64,000 nucleotides of DNA from the human T2T-CHM13v2.0 reference genome, Homo sapiens (GCA_009914755.4 CP086569.2:5248001-5312000); one strand, 5' to 3'. Positions 26,401-38,402 are shown, counted from the stretch's first letter. The notes: generated by a model not told the origin, from the letters alone. A program made the numbers and translations.

Positions 26401-27305
26401 CAGTGGGGAGAGAGGAGGTGGAGTGAACTCATGCTGGCAGCAGTGGAAGGGCAGGGTTCACACACACACACACCCCACACACACACACCCCACACACACA
26501 CACCGAGGGGACACGGAATGCAAAAGCCACCTCACACACACTCACCAGCAAGGCAATATGGGGAAGGGCCGTGGGCCTGAGGGTAGATGCAGTTGAGGGA
26601 GGGAGGGTGTGAGCTAGTGCATGGCCATGGGCTTTGCTCTGCTGGAGCTCTCTGCCAGTGTGGTGCAGTCCACCAGTGCAGGAGCTATGATGTGGGTCCC
26701 CAGGGCACCAGAGGTTGCACCGCAAAGAGGCAGAGTCAGGCTGGGCCTCTGGGACAGGCCAGCAGACCAAGGGGTGCGCAGGTTGGACCATCCCCTTCTG
26801 ATGGGCCTGCAGAGTTCAGGCCTGACAGTTCCTCTAGGGATAAATTCTCCTATTAGAGCAAGTCAAGCCTCGGGGGTGAGAGTCCCTGACCATGGTCTGC
26901 TACAGACGCTCCCACACCAAACCCTCTGCACTCCTCACTGGATGAAAGGCTGCCCTTACTACTTCTCTAAGCAGCTCTCTCTGCCAACGCAAGTGTCTGT
27001 GGTAGTCAAGTGGTTTCCTACTGCTGGGATTCCAGAGGTCCATGGTGAGTGCTAATTGCTCCTTGCCAGTTCAACTTACCTGTTCCCTTAGAGTTACTGG
27101 GGGCCAGGAACGAGTCCTGCTGCACAGTAGCCCCTTGCAGTATTCCCAGCTTCCTCCCTCTTCAGCCCATTTTTGTCTTCCCTTTGTCCACTCTCAGTGC
27201 CTTTCCTCTGAAGATCTGTTAGGAGTGCAGCAGCTGTCAGGATCCCTCAGTGGCAGCCGTTCCACCTGGCTGCTTCTAGTTGGCCATCTTGCTCAGCTCC
27301 AATCA
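23458..27305 (-). mobile_element. L1 copy B continued: ORF2 N-terminal ~400 codons (EN domain ORF 24120-24371), ORF1 remnant, long GC-rich 5' UTR; 5' end ~27305
   Basis: Track ORF 24120-24371 is '[75 protein letters not shown]', the L1 EN domain. 23458-24100 is near-colinear with L1HS 41150-41990. 24720-25700 matches ORF1 rc. 27280-27300 'ggccatcttgctcagctcc' resembles the L1 5' terminus rc. Confidence 0.65.
26458..26498. repeat. 13-bp tandem repeat (CACACACACACCC)x3 inside L1 copy B 5' UTR
   Basis: 'cacacacacaccccacacacacacaccccacacacacacacc'; explains the VCVWGVCV.../HTHTPHTH... ORFs. Confidence 0.8.
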
Positions 27306-29039
27306 TTTAACCTCTTAAAGTCTGTTTACTCATTTGTAAAATATAAATATCAATAGCAAGTATCACAAATAATTTAGCACTGCCCCTTAGACATCGTAGA
27401 TGTTAAATATTATGCTAATACAATAATAGCATTCTTATTTTTCCATTATTTTTTTTCTAGATTGAACTTTTATTGGCTACCCACTTAGCTTTTAGGCAAA
27501 ATCAATTTCATTTTGTTTTTATTTCAAATATTAATAAAAGAGGCACTGCTTGTTTTCATTAACCTGTGAAATAATTTTCTATGAATTAGAAAATACAGCT
27601 GTGTGCATAATTCTGTTCTTTTATCATTATTAGTATTTTCAGCCACTTTTAAGAAACAGAGGAGATAATTTTTTTATGAGTTTATCAAGTTATCTTGTAA
27701 TTGTTAAATACACCTTGAAGTCTCCATTCCCATAACTAAATCTGGTTTGTCTTTTACCTTTAATTAAGCTAACCTCTCTGTTTAGTAAAGTCTAACTGTG
27801 AAGATGATAAGCCAGGTACCAATGTTTAACTTGCATTTTTTTAGCATATTTTAAAACTTCAGTGAAGTCTTGATGTAAATGAATAGATGTATGTATATAA
27901 ATCTATGGTTATAGTATCTGTTACTCACACATGTCTCATTAAAATTATTGGGAACATTCTTCCTTTACTTTGTTTTTCTCTTAGTCTTCAAAGTTTTATG
28001 TGTAGACTCCTTATAAATAGTTTAAATCAGATTGTTAGTAATAAAGAGGAAAATCACTTTAAGAATCTGACAGCAATGTTTGCATTTTAACATCCATGGG
28101 AACAGTATATTGTGTCTAACTTAAGTATCTGACACCAAACATTAAACATAATATTTCCTTTCTAATCTTATCCTTTGATACATTTTAGTGTATGAGGTAT
28201 TTCAAGGAAAGATGTGAAACATGTAAATTAATTGTCTTTTTTATCCCTCAAAGATAACCAAGGTATTTATTAAATTCCCTGAAGCCGTATGACAAGACAT
28301 ACATCTAAACTCAAACTAAATTATCTGGCTCTTGTAAGCTTTATGTTTGACATCATGATAATCCATATTTTGTTCTTTTACAAAAGTGATGCAACGAATT
28401 TATAAATTAACACAGAGACATTGGTTACAATAATTTCATAAAGACAAAGAGAAGCCTCACAATTGTGACACCGGGCTTGTTTGACATTCCTTGTACCTAA
28501 ACAATTTATTACCTTTTACACTATAGTCAGAGGTAGTGAACTATTACTGGAAAAATGGTATTTTCTCCATGCATTGGAATTTGAATTATTCCTCAAAGGC
28601 AGTTCTTGCAGTGGGTAATGTTCCTCGTGTTGTCACTTGGCCAACAGACTGTACCTTGGCATGGGAAAATTTGTCAGCTTTTTCACATGTGACACAGATG
28701 TTGCTTTTAATGATGCATTTAAATAATTTTGCATAGAAAGGGAAGATAAGATTACATAAAAAGAAAAATAGTTATTCAAGACTTATGAAGGCTCAAGAAA
28801 CTGGAGAGCCAATAATACACTCTGAATAAGGTCTATGATCTTTCACTTATGAAGAATTTACACCCAATTTTCATAAATTACATATCGATGTGTTATAAAT
28901 TATGTACTTTATTTTATTTATAAAATTATGTCCAACATTTTGCTAAAGTTCATTATACAAATTCCGAAACAAACAATAGTTTATTTTAGATTTGGTAGTT
29001 TAATGATGCCATTCATTTAACGTAAATATGTTTCATTGT

Positions 29040-29245
29040 GAAAGAACATGGGAAGAAAAATGACTTTGTCATACATATATCTTGTCACATTTGATCCAGC
29101 AATCCCACTACTGGGTATCTACCCAGAGGAAAAAATGTCATTATATGAAAAGGATACTTGCACAGGCATGTTTATAGCAGCACAATTCACAATTGTGAAA
29201 ATGTGGAACCAGCCCAAATGCCCAGCAAACAATGAGTGAATAAAG
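29040..29245 (+). mobile_element. Old L1 ORF2 C-terminal fragment (sense)
   Basis: It translates as '[54 protein letters not shown]' (L1 ORF2p C-terminus). Confidence 0.7.
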
Positions 29246-29249
29246 AAAA

Positions 29250-29445
29250 TCTGTGTGTGTGTGTAAGTGTATATATATGTATATATATGTGTATATATAT
29301 GTATATATGTATATATACGTATGTATATATGTGTGTATATATATACGTATATATATACGTATATATATGTGTGTATATATATACGTATATATATACATAT
29401 ATATGTGTGTGTATATATATATACGTATATATATATGCTAGATCG
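29250..29445. repeat. Compound microsatellite (TG)n/(TA)n with interspersed 'cgta' units
   Basis: 'tgtgtgtgtgtaagtgtatatatatgtatatatatgtgtatatatatgtatatatgtatatatacgtatgtatatatgtgtg...'. It is the source of the YIYIY/ICVYI ORFs on both strands. Confidence 0.9.
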
Positions 29446-29454
29446 AATGGTACA

Positions 29455-29575
29455 TCTACTTTTAGTTCTTTAAGACATCTCCATACTGTTTCTCAAAGGG
29501 GTTGTACTAATTTAGATTCCCTTCAGCAGTGTAAAAGTGTTCCCTTTTCACCACATCCATGCCAACATCTATTAA
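29455..29575 (-). mobile_element. Short inverted L1 ORF2 C-terminal piece (antisense) between two sense L1 pieces
   Basis: 'ggttgtactaatttagattcccttcagcagtgtaaaagtgttcccttttcaccacatccatgccaacatc' parallels the rc L1HS region at about 38790-38850 (LHCWW/QPLWK region). Confidence 0.55.
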
Positions 29576-29975
29576 TTTATTATTTTTTCATTATGGCCAT
29601 GTTTGCCAGAATAAGGTGGTATCATATATATATATGTACATACCATGGAACACTACTCAGGCATAAAAAGGAACAAAATAATGGCATTTGCAGCAGCCTG
29701 GATGGAATTGGAGACCATTATTCTAAGTGAAGTAACTCAGCAATTGAAAATCAAACCTCATATGTTCTCACTCATAAGTGGCAGCTAAGCTATGAGGACG
29801 CAAAGACATAAGAATGATACAATGGACTTTGGGGACTTGGGGGAAAGGGTAGGAGAGGGGTGAGAAATAAAAGACTACATATTGAGTACAGCATACACTG
29901 CTTGGGTGATAGGTGCACCAAAATCTCAGAAATCACCACTAAAGAACTTATTCATGTAAAAAATTTTTTTTAATG
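29576..29975 (+). mobile_element. Old L1 3' end (ORF2 last ~40 codons + 3' UTR), sense
   Basis: It translates as '[48 protein letters not shown]', the ORF2p C-terminus ([11 protein letters not shown]...[14 protein letters not shown]...). It is followed by an L1-like 3' UTR and ends in an A/T run near 29975. Confidence 0.65.
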
Positions 29976-32155
29976 TGATTGCTGTATAAAATGAGGAGGA
30001 AACATAAAAAAGGATGAGTATAAATTAAGACTTTAGATGAATATTCTTAAATTGTATTAAAACTGATTTCTATCAAAGACCAATATAAATTTTTGAAATT
30101 GTTTCTTTAAAAATTAATTATACATATTCATTTTCATACATTTATTAATACATATTTGTTTGTATTTACATATAAAATGAGGTCTGAGATTTTTCAGACA
30201 ATAAGATTTCATAGTTATTTCAATAATTACTATTGTAGCAAAAATTATAAATATAGGCAATCATATTTGGAGCAATCTTTCATTGTTTATATGGCTCAAA
30301 TTTTTAAGTATATTTAAATTCAAGTTTTTAAGTATATTTAAAAAGATGTCTAACATAAATATATAATACTGTATTTACCCCAGAAACATTAGTAATTAAT
30401 GATAAGAATAATGACGTAGGAAAATATCAGGAAGGCTTCATCTATTTTGTAAAAATGTTCACATGTTTTTACACATCATAAGAAGCACATTTACAATGAA
30501 GAATAATTTGGCCTTTATAATAATGTAACAAGATGACATAATTGCTCATCACAATTAGAAGCTATCTTTAAGGTCTGAAAGGACAAGCAATCTATCTGAG
30601 TCGATGTATTATTTTGAGTAATCAATGAAATTTCAGTTACTTGTGATAATAAAGATAATATTATTTTTCTTTAAGATATAGCCTTGCATAATAATAGAAA
30701 GATTGATGAAATGGCCAGTTATGTTAAACTTAGAAGAAACATTTCTTCTAGAAAAGAACATCTTGTAGTTCTCGAAACTCATTTTTTTCTGTCAACACAG
30801 CAAAAATTGAAAATATGTAAAAAGTGTTACTAAATGTAGAGCTGAAAATGTAGAGCTGAAAGCCTCTTCAGCCTGCCTATTGAATTAGCAAATACAAAAC
30901 TGAGTACTTTGATTGATATCACCCTGCCAAAGATTCAGCCAAGAGAATTTGGGTAGCTTTATTAAAGCTGGGTTGGACGGTGAGTCTGAGCATTAATTTT
31001 TTATGTAGTAGAACACAGGGTCAAAGCTTGCCTTCTGGGACTGCCTTTCCTTGTACTATAATAGATTATCAGATTGAAAAATACTATCAGAATACAGAAC
31101 AGAGTATAGAGATTAAGTGCTAGCTATTTATACATCAAGAAACATGAATTATTTTGATGGCTGTTGTTATTATGTAACATAACAGTAACTCCCCCAAATA
31201 CCCAAACAATAAGAAAATGTAAATTATCTATTTTAACTGTTAACTGGACGGTGGAGGTGAGTGAGATTCACTGATTGAATGGTACAAAAGGCATTATATT
31301 TAACATAGAAAGTTGTACATTTTTTACAATCTTATTTATGAACACTTGCATTATGGTTGAAAATGAAGGCTTTCATGAAAATAAGCCTATATAAATATAT
31401 AAAATAATATGCAGGACACATGTGACCCTTATTTATTCCCCATTAGTTTTTTATAGTTTGAACGTCTAATAGTTTCGATTTTTTCATCTGAAAATGTGCA
31501 ATAGTAATGTGTTAGAACAAACATTTGTGAAACACTTATATCACAAATGCTCAATATATATTGGTTTCTCATTGCAATAAATGACTGCAAAGTCATTAAA
31601 AGTAAAAATCATTGACATAAATGCAAAGATGTGAAAAAGTAAATTGACTCTCACAAGTCACAATTTAAAATATCTATACACTTCTATTTTTAAATTTCTT
31701 TTTAGAATAAAATGTACTAACTCTATCCATTATGCTCCAACTACAATTGCATCATAATTAATAATTGATGTATTTTCTCGCTGTATCCATTCCATATATT
31801 TCCAGGAGAGCTATTTTGCTTGCCAAATATTGATATAAGCAAATAAACTTACCAAATATTTCTGATTTTTTATTATCACTCACCCAATCAAGGTACAATT
31901 TGAGAACAACATTTTTAGCATATATTAAGCAGAGGTAAGATCATCATCTTGTCAAAGAAGGATTTTAGTATATCTTTTTAGAGATAATGTATTGCACTTT
32001 TCCAAGTGTCATATAATACTTTGTTAAATTTTAAATTGAAGTATTACATTGTGAAGCCACAGAACTCCATGATTATAGATAAAGTGCTTTTCTTAGCAAA
32101 GCTTAACTGACATGACAAATATATAGTTTTTTATTATCTCTGAGAAATATGCTTT

Positions 32156-32377
32156 TTTTTTTTTTTTTTTTTTTTTTTGAGACAGAGTTTCACTCTGTCG
32201 TCCAGGCTACAATGCAATGGCATGATCTCGGCTCACTGCATCCTCCGCCTCCTGGATTCAAGCAATTCTCCTGCCTTGGCCTCCAGAGTAGATGGGATTA
32301 CAGGCATGCACCACCACGCCTGGCTAATTTTTGTATTTTTAGTAGGATGGGGGTTTCACCATGTTGGCCAGGCTGAA
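32156..32377 (-). mobile_element. 5'-truncated Alu (antisense) with long poly(T) and 18-bp TSD
   Basis: A poly(T) at 32153-32178, then 'gagacagagtttcactctgtcgtccaggctacaatgcaatggcatgatctcggctcactgca...ggtttcaccatgttggccaggctg'. It has a perfect TSD 'ctctgagaaatatgcttt' at 32138-32155 and 32378-32395. Confidence 0.85.
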
Positions 32378-33078
32378 CTCTGAGAAATATGCTTTCTACT
32401 TTTTTGTTTAATTTGAACTTGAAAACAAAACACACACAACTTCCCAATTGGATTAGACTATTAACATTTCAGAAAGGATGTAAGAAAGGACTAGAGAGAT
32501 ATACTTAATGTTTTTAGTTTTTTAAACTTTACAAACTTAATACTGTCATTCTGTTGTTCAGTTAACATCCCTGAATCCTAAATTTCTTCAGATTCTAAAA
32601 CAAAAAGTTCCAGATGATTTTATATTACACTATTTACTTAATGGTACTTAAATCCTCATTAAAAAAAACAGTACGGTTGTTAAATAATTCTTCCATTAGA
32701 AATTCTGAGCCTTTACTCTGTGTCAGGCCTTGTGGTAGGAGCTGGGCTTCAGAAATAAGTATACTGCAATCTGATTCCGGGAAATATTTAGGTTCATAAA
32801 TAGATAATTTTAACATAATATAGTAAGGGAAGATGGAGGTATAGAAAGGGTTTTCACCTCTGGAGAAATAAGAGGGGTATTTAGAATAGGTCTCTTAACT
32901 AAGAGGCCTAACATTTTTGTCTGTGAATCCATAATATTGGCAAACTAATAATGTGTACACACCACTGACAACAATACTTTATCCTTTGATGAATACCCTA
33001 CAATGGTGTGATTGAATTGGCTTCCAATTAATTTCAAATTCTATATATCACGAAAAGGTAGATATATACCAGAAGGCA

Positions 33079-33212
33079 TCTCACTCTGTTGCCCAGCAGT
33101 GCAGTGGCACAATCATGGCTCACTGTAGCCTAGAACTGCTGGGCTCAAGTGATCCTCCTGCCTCAGCCTTCCCAGTAGCTGTGACTATAGGCATATGCCA
33201 CCACTCCTGGAC
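33079..33212 (-). mobile_element. Alu fragment (antisense, ~135 bp)
   Basis: 'tcactctgttgcccagcagtgcagtggcacaatcatggctcactgtagcctagaactgctgggctcaagtgatcctcctgcctcagccttcccagtagctgtgactataggcatatgccaccac'. Confidence 0.7.
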
Positions 33213-33399
33213 TTGGATAATGTTTTATTAGAATCATATAGCATAATGATATCTTTTGTTAACCTCTCAACATCAGTATCATCTTTGTGAAGTGAGAGCG
33301 CATCATCAGATTATAAGAAATGACAGGAGGACTGTATACTTGGGAAAGTTTTGTTCAGTGTCTTGAGAATTAACAAATATTTATTTTTCTAGAATAACT

Positions 33400-33535
33400 T
33401 GAATGTAAGCTCACTAGAATGTAAGCTCTATGATGGCAGCAGTCTTGTCTGAGTTGTTCACTTGTGTTTCTGTAGTTCCTTCAACAATATCTAGCACATA
33501 GAAGGTTTTTAATAAATATTCATTCAGTGAATTTC
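33400..33535 (+). mobile_element. MIR SINE fragment (core-3' region)
   Basis: 'tagaatgtaagctctatgatggcag...tctagcacatagaaggtttttaataaatattcattcagtgaat' matches the MIR consensus '...tagactgtaagctccttgagggcagg...cctagcacagtgcctggcacatagtaggtgctcaataaatgtttgttgaatgaatga'. Confidence 0.6.
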
Positions 33536-35827
33536 TACTTAATGTAGCAATCATTTGTCTATTCCCTTAGTAAAGTCTAATTGATCTAGGTATCTTACAA
33601 ATATATACAAGACCTGGACATGATAACTAAGGTAGAATTTTTTTAGCTAATTAGCTACTGGAAAACTCAAATTAGTAATTATATATATTTTTATTATATA
33701 CCTGTATGTGTTATTATATATTTATACCTCTATCTATTAGACTCAGGCAAGCTTGAGAAAGTTGTTGTTTGTATTCTAAATTCTGTATTCAAAATAGTTT
33801 CAATCTGGCCTGCAGAAAAAGTTGAATTAGTCTCAATATAAATACAACAAAACCCTTATTGCCAAGGAGAGGCATATACCATGCAAATTCTGATCTGAGG
33901 GAATTTCAATTGTTTCAAAAGCCATGATATTTGGGTTCCTCTGGATTCTAGCATTACATAAACAGGAAGAGAGGTGAAAATAAGCAGTAGTGATATAAAG
34001 AAGTTTCAGGATGGCAATTTGAAATCACGTATTCCAGCTCAACTTTCTAGAAAGTGACACCTGCAGCTTTGTGGGGGTGTCTTCATGCACAAGCTAAATT
34101 GTACCTGTTCCAAATGGCCAGATGCACCTATACTCTGAATGTGGGTATACACCCACATTTACCAAGCATTTTAAAATATGCTCTTTAAAGCATAGTTTTG
34201 TATCCATTCTGATGACTTCTAGCCTGTAAACACAGGACCCGTGTTAATTTAACTTTTAGTATCACAATAGAATGACATTTTTTAAAGTATAGTTATGATG
34301 GTATCATACAACCAGAAATCTAGATGTGAATGAGGTATTTCACTCACTTTTGACCTCTTCTGCTTTACTCCTATGTCCAAAAAAAGAAAACAAGGCATGG
34401 AGGTATATTTCTGGCATTATAGGTGGGTGAAAGGCACCCACTATGAGCTCTGAGCCGAAATGTTTGCCACAGGCTTAAATAACTAATTAGGCTTGGGGAA
34501 GAGAATGGCTACTTAGAGACATACACCTATAAACTCGGGCATATTTACGCTAGCATATTCATTTACCACAGAATTTATTTATCCCTTATCTCTTCTCTCA
34601 TGATATTTCTGTATTTTTCTTCTTGGGCAGAGCCAAGTTTTGTGAGTTTATTTGGTCATTTTCTGCATGTATCCCTACTCCTGCTTTTTTTTTCCCCTTC
34701 AGATCCACATGCAGCTCAACAGAGGACATAATAATATATCTCTTCTTTCTCACTCTCTTCTGTTCTTACCATCAAAAATATTCCTAAACCATCTACCTCT
34801 CCACCTTTTTAATCAGTTTTACCTATTTCATTTTTGAAAATAAGAGGAATTATGCCACACAATTTGTATATATATATAAATTTTTATATATACACATATA
34901 TATAAAAATTTATACTTACACATATATATATATATATCCATTAAATTGCTAATATTATCACATCAGCCACTTTACTAAACAACATGATCTTACTTGGACC
35001 CAACAAATAATTAATTCTGGTATGTTATTTTTAACATCTATAATTATATAATAATAATAACACTAAGAACAAAAACAACAATAACGACATAATAGTTTTT
35101 GCAAATAAAATTGATATTCAAGGCAGAAAGATATACAACTTTGTAAGCATAGTAAAGCAATATAACCCTTCTTCTTGTAAAAAAGCAGAAAAAAGTTTTC
35201 CTGATACATAAACATAATAGTTTATAACTGATGCTAGTAGATGAAAGAATAGTCAATACATTCTTAGTACTTCCAATGCTAAGAACTTGCCCAAAAGAGA
35301 TAGGAGAGATCCTTGTCCTGAAAGAGTAATGAGAACATCAGAGTCAAGTTAGTAGAGAGGTAAGGACATGAATTATTTTTGGAGTAGATCAACTAATTAT
35401 ATGATTTGTAACAATAAAACTTAAAATATAATTTGTATTTCCTAAATTTCTACAGGTTTTTCCCTCCACATATCTTTACGTCACATATTCTGCGCTATTT
35501 TTCTTCCTTGCATTTATTGTGATGAAGCTGTCAAGTTTATGTCAGAAATAGGCATTTACAATGAACAAAACCTACACTGTGAATCTGGATGCAGGATGAA
35601 GTTATGCGCATCTAGGAAATAACATGCTACATCCTGTATCGATGATCCTGAAAGATCTTCGCATTTACAATGAACCTGTCATCAGTAGAACTTAAGCCAG
35701 ATGTCAGAAAGAGAGTCCAGAGACCGTGGTTCTCTATGTAATACACAGAATGGAAATGGCATGAACAGTGACACTGAACTTTTGTGCCCTGTCTCACTAT
35801 CATGCGTGCCCAGGAGACCTTGTTCTA

Positions 35828-35876
35828 AGAGAAAAAGAAAGAAAGAAAGAAAGAGAGAAAGAGAGAAAGAAAGAAA

Positions 35877-35940
<64 letters not shown>

Positions 35941-36000
35941 AAAGAAAGAAAGAAAGAAAAGAAAGAGAAAGAAAGAGAGAGAGAGAAAGCAAGCAAGCAA
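35828..36000. repeat. (GAAA)n tetranucleotide microsatellite (~40 units, few interruptions) followed by (GCAA)4
   Basis: 'agaaagaaagaaagaaagaaagaaag...' is directly visible. It produces the KERKKERKK... and FLSFFLSF... artefactual ORFs. Confidence 0.95.
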
Positions 36001-36649
36001 GCAAGCGGGCATTTGGTCCTTAGGACATTTAGTGAAATGACAAATGGAAGAACAATTAATGACAACTGTGAGTTTTGGTGCAGATCGTAGGGAATCCTAA
36101 GCTGAGAATTTGACAGCCAAATGACTATAATTAACTACGAAAAGGTCAACTAGAAAAAACAAGGCACATACTTAAGCAGACTCTTGTTAAGCTTGTCTTG
36201 TGGTCTGTTTTGTGATCTATTTTCATATGAACTGAAACAGGTCTAACTTTCAAAAGGAAGAAAGGTAAAATATGAGTGACCATATTTTGTCTATTCATAT
36301 TCATTTTAAAAATATGGCTTAACTGTTATTCCCAGAATCGTAGTTCAAATTTCATTAAAGTAGTTTAAAAGGGAAAGAGGAGGAGAAAGACAGCAAGGAG
36401 AAAGAGAATGCATACTACATATAAATCGCACTTTGAAAATTCCAAGGTCCCTCGTAAAATTATGAAGAAGTGAAATTGAGCAAGTATAGTGCATTCCTCC
36501 CGGTATTGCATTTCCAGAAGTATGTTGTATAGTCCTAACAGCTTTATACAAGAGATTTGGCTTGTTGATATCTTGTATTCAGTCTCTATTTTTAGTTGTG
36601 TATTTATGTATTTATTTTTATTGTCTATATTTAAGGTGTTCAACGTGAT

Positions 36650-37110
36650 GTTTTTGTACACCTCTGCGTAGTAAAAAGATCACTACAGTCAGACAAAAAC
36701 ATTAACCTACCCATCACATACCATAGCTACCATTTTTTAAATAGTAAGAGCGCTTAAAATCTACTCTCTTAGTAAACTTTTTGTATACTATACAATAATA
36801 TTAACTATAGACCTCATGCTGTACATCATTATAACTCTAGACCTATTCATCCTACATAGCTGCAACTTTTTACTCTGTGACCAATTTCTCCCCATTTTTT
36901 TCCTCTCCTTACGCCTGATAACCACTGTTCTACTGTTTATTTCTATGTATTTAACTAAGTTTTAGATATTAAATATCATTGAGATCATGCAGTATTTTTC
37001 TTTCTATGTTTGGCTTATTTCACTTAGGATAATGTCCTCTAGACTCATCTCTGTTATTACAAATGGTAGTTTATCCTTTTTTAAAGCTGAATAATATTAT
37101 GGGATATCAA
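36650..37110 (-). mobile_element. Ancient L1 (L1M-type) 3' end fragment, antisense
   Basis: 'tttggcttatttcacttaggataatgtcctctagactcatctctgttattacaaatggtagtttatcctttttta aagctgaataatattatggga' is the rc of the L1M 3' UTR motif (ttcacttagcataatgtcctccaggttcatccatgttgtcgcaaatggcaggatttcc...ggctgaataatattccattgtgt). Confidence 0.55.
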
Positions 37111-38145
37111 GAAGTCCCAAATTATTTATAGCACAAAAATATGGTTTATGTTGGCAATAGCTGGCAGGAAGCTCCCTGGTTTTGAATTTAATATAGGCAA
37201 ATATGCACTAATCGGAAAACTGTAGTCTTTAATGGTGACAAGTCATACTCTTTCAAAGTTTACATTTTATCATCAAACTTACATTATTTTAGCTGCTTAT
37301 AAGAACTACTGTGAGCTATGATTAATTTGCTTTCAATTTTTACATTTTCTGTATTTATTATTTTTTGTGCTAATTGGCTCTGAGCCTCTGGGTACAATTT
37401 GAAGAATTAGAAACTACATTTCTACAATAAAGTAATGAGCCACTTAAACTTTGATGTAACCCACATTATATTAGGAGACAATATTTTTATATCAGTGGCT
37501 GTGACAAACAAGTGGCTGTAATTCAATTAGTTTGAATTTGCATTTTCCAGCATAACAACCTTTATTATGATATTATCTTCACATCTGAGTAGCTAGATAT
37601 GAAGTATTCAAATAAATTTCTATGCACATTTTTATGTCACATAATCATTTTATTTTGTTCTCTCTCACAATTTTTCATAGTAAAACATGTTTGCTTTGGA
37701 GAAAGCTGTATTTTTTGTGCATTACTGAGCTGAAGTAAAACTATCATTATGTCATTGATTAGAAATTGAGGTAGCAAAATTCTCCCCCAGCTGGGTGCAC
37801 AATTGTGGGAAAGTGTGTTTCAGATCCATCTCTGTGTACAAAAAGGAATGGAATGTACTTTGTCGAGATCATTAGTGCTGACTACACATATGTGAAAATT
37901 CAGAAGAGATAGGTGCTTGATGACAAATAGAACTTATGAAACAAGCATTAGTGGGACTAATTTTTATAGATAATTGGAACAAAATTTCCTAAACTTTTTC
38001 TTTCTGTTCCTTATGATAATCTCTTCTTTCATTTTCCAACAAGCCTGCTGTGCATTTCTTAAATTTATCTACCACATAACTGAGTGACAGTTTAAAACTG
38101 AGATAAAGCTTGAGAATATGCAAACATCTTTATAAAACATACTTG

Positions 38146-38159
38146 AGAGCCCGTTATTA
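38146..38159. repeat. Target-site duplication (left copy) of the L1HS insertion
   Basis: 'gagagcccgttatt' is identical to 44220-44233. Confidence 0.9.
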
Positions 38160-38200
38160 TTTTTTTATTTTTTATTTTTTATTTTTTATTTTTTTTTATT
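38160..38200 (-). repeat. L1HS poly(A) tail with (TAAAAAA)n periodic pattern (seen here as (ttttttta)n)
   Basis: 'tttttttattttttattttttattttttatttttttttat' immediately 3' of the L1 body. Confidence 0.85.
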
Positions 38201-38402
38201 ATACTCTAAGTTTTAGGGTACATGTGCACATTGTGCAGGTTAGTTACATATGTATACATGTGCCATGCTGGTGCGCTGCACCCACTAATGTGTCATCTAG
38301 CATTAGGTATATCTCCCAATGCTATCCCTCCCCACTCCCCCGACCCCACCACAGTCCCCAGAGTGTGATATTCCCCTTCCTGTGTCCATGTGATCTCATT
38401 GT

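Noticed and set aside
26244-26580. ORFs MCVWGVCVWGVCV... and ...HTHTPHTHTPHTHTP...
   Set aside because: Artefacts of the 13-bp (CACACACACACCC)3 tandem repeat within an L1 5' UTR. The GC-rich L1 5' UTR yields many spurious long ORFs (25811-27356).
29141-29730. ORFs of 62-164 aa rich in Y/I/C/V (YIYIYTYI...)
   Set aside because: Artefacts of the compound (TA/TG)n microsatellite embedded in L1 3' fragments.
35682-36090. 127-129-aa ORFs on both strands (KERKKERKK... and FLSFFLSFFLS...) suggestive of a low-complexity protein
   Set aside because: They are pure translation artefacts of the (GAAA)n/(TTTC)n microsatellite. No start or stop context or flanking coding signal.
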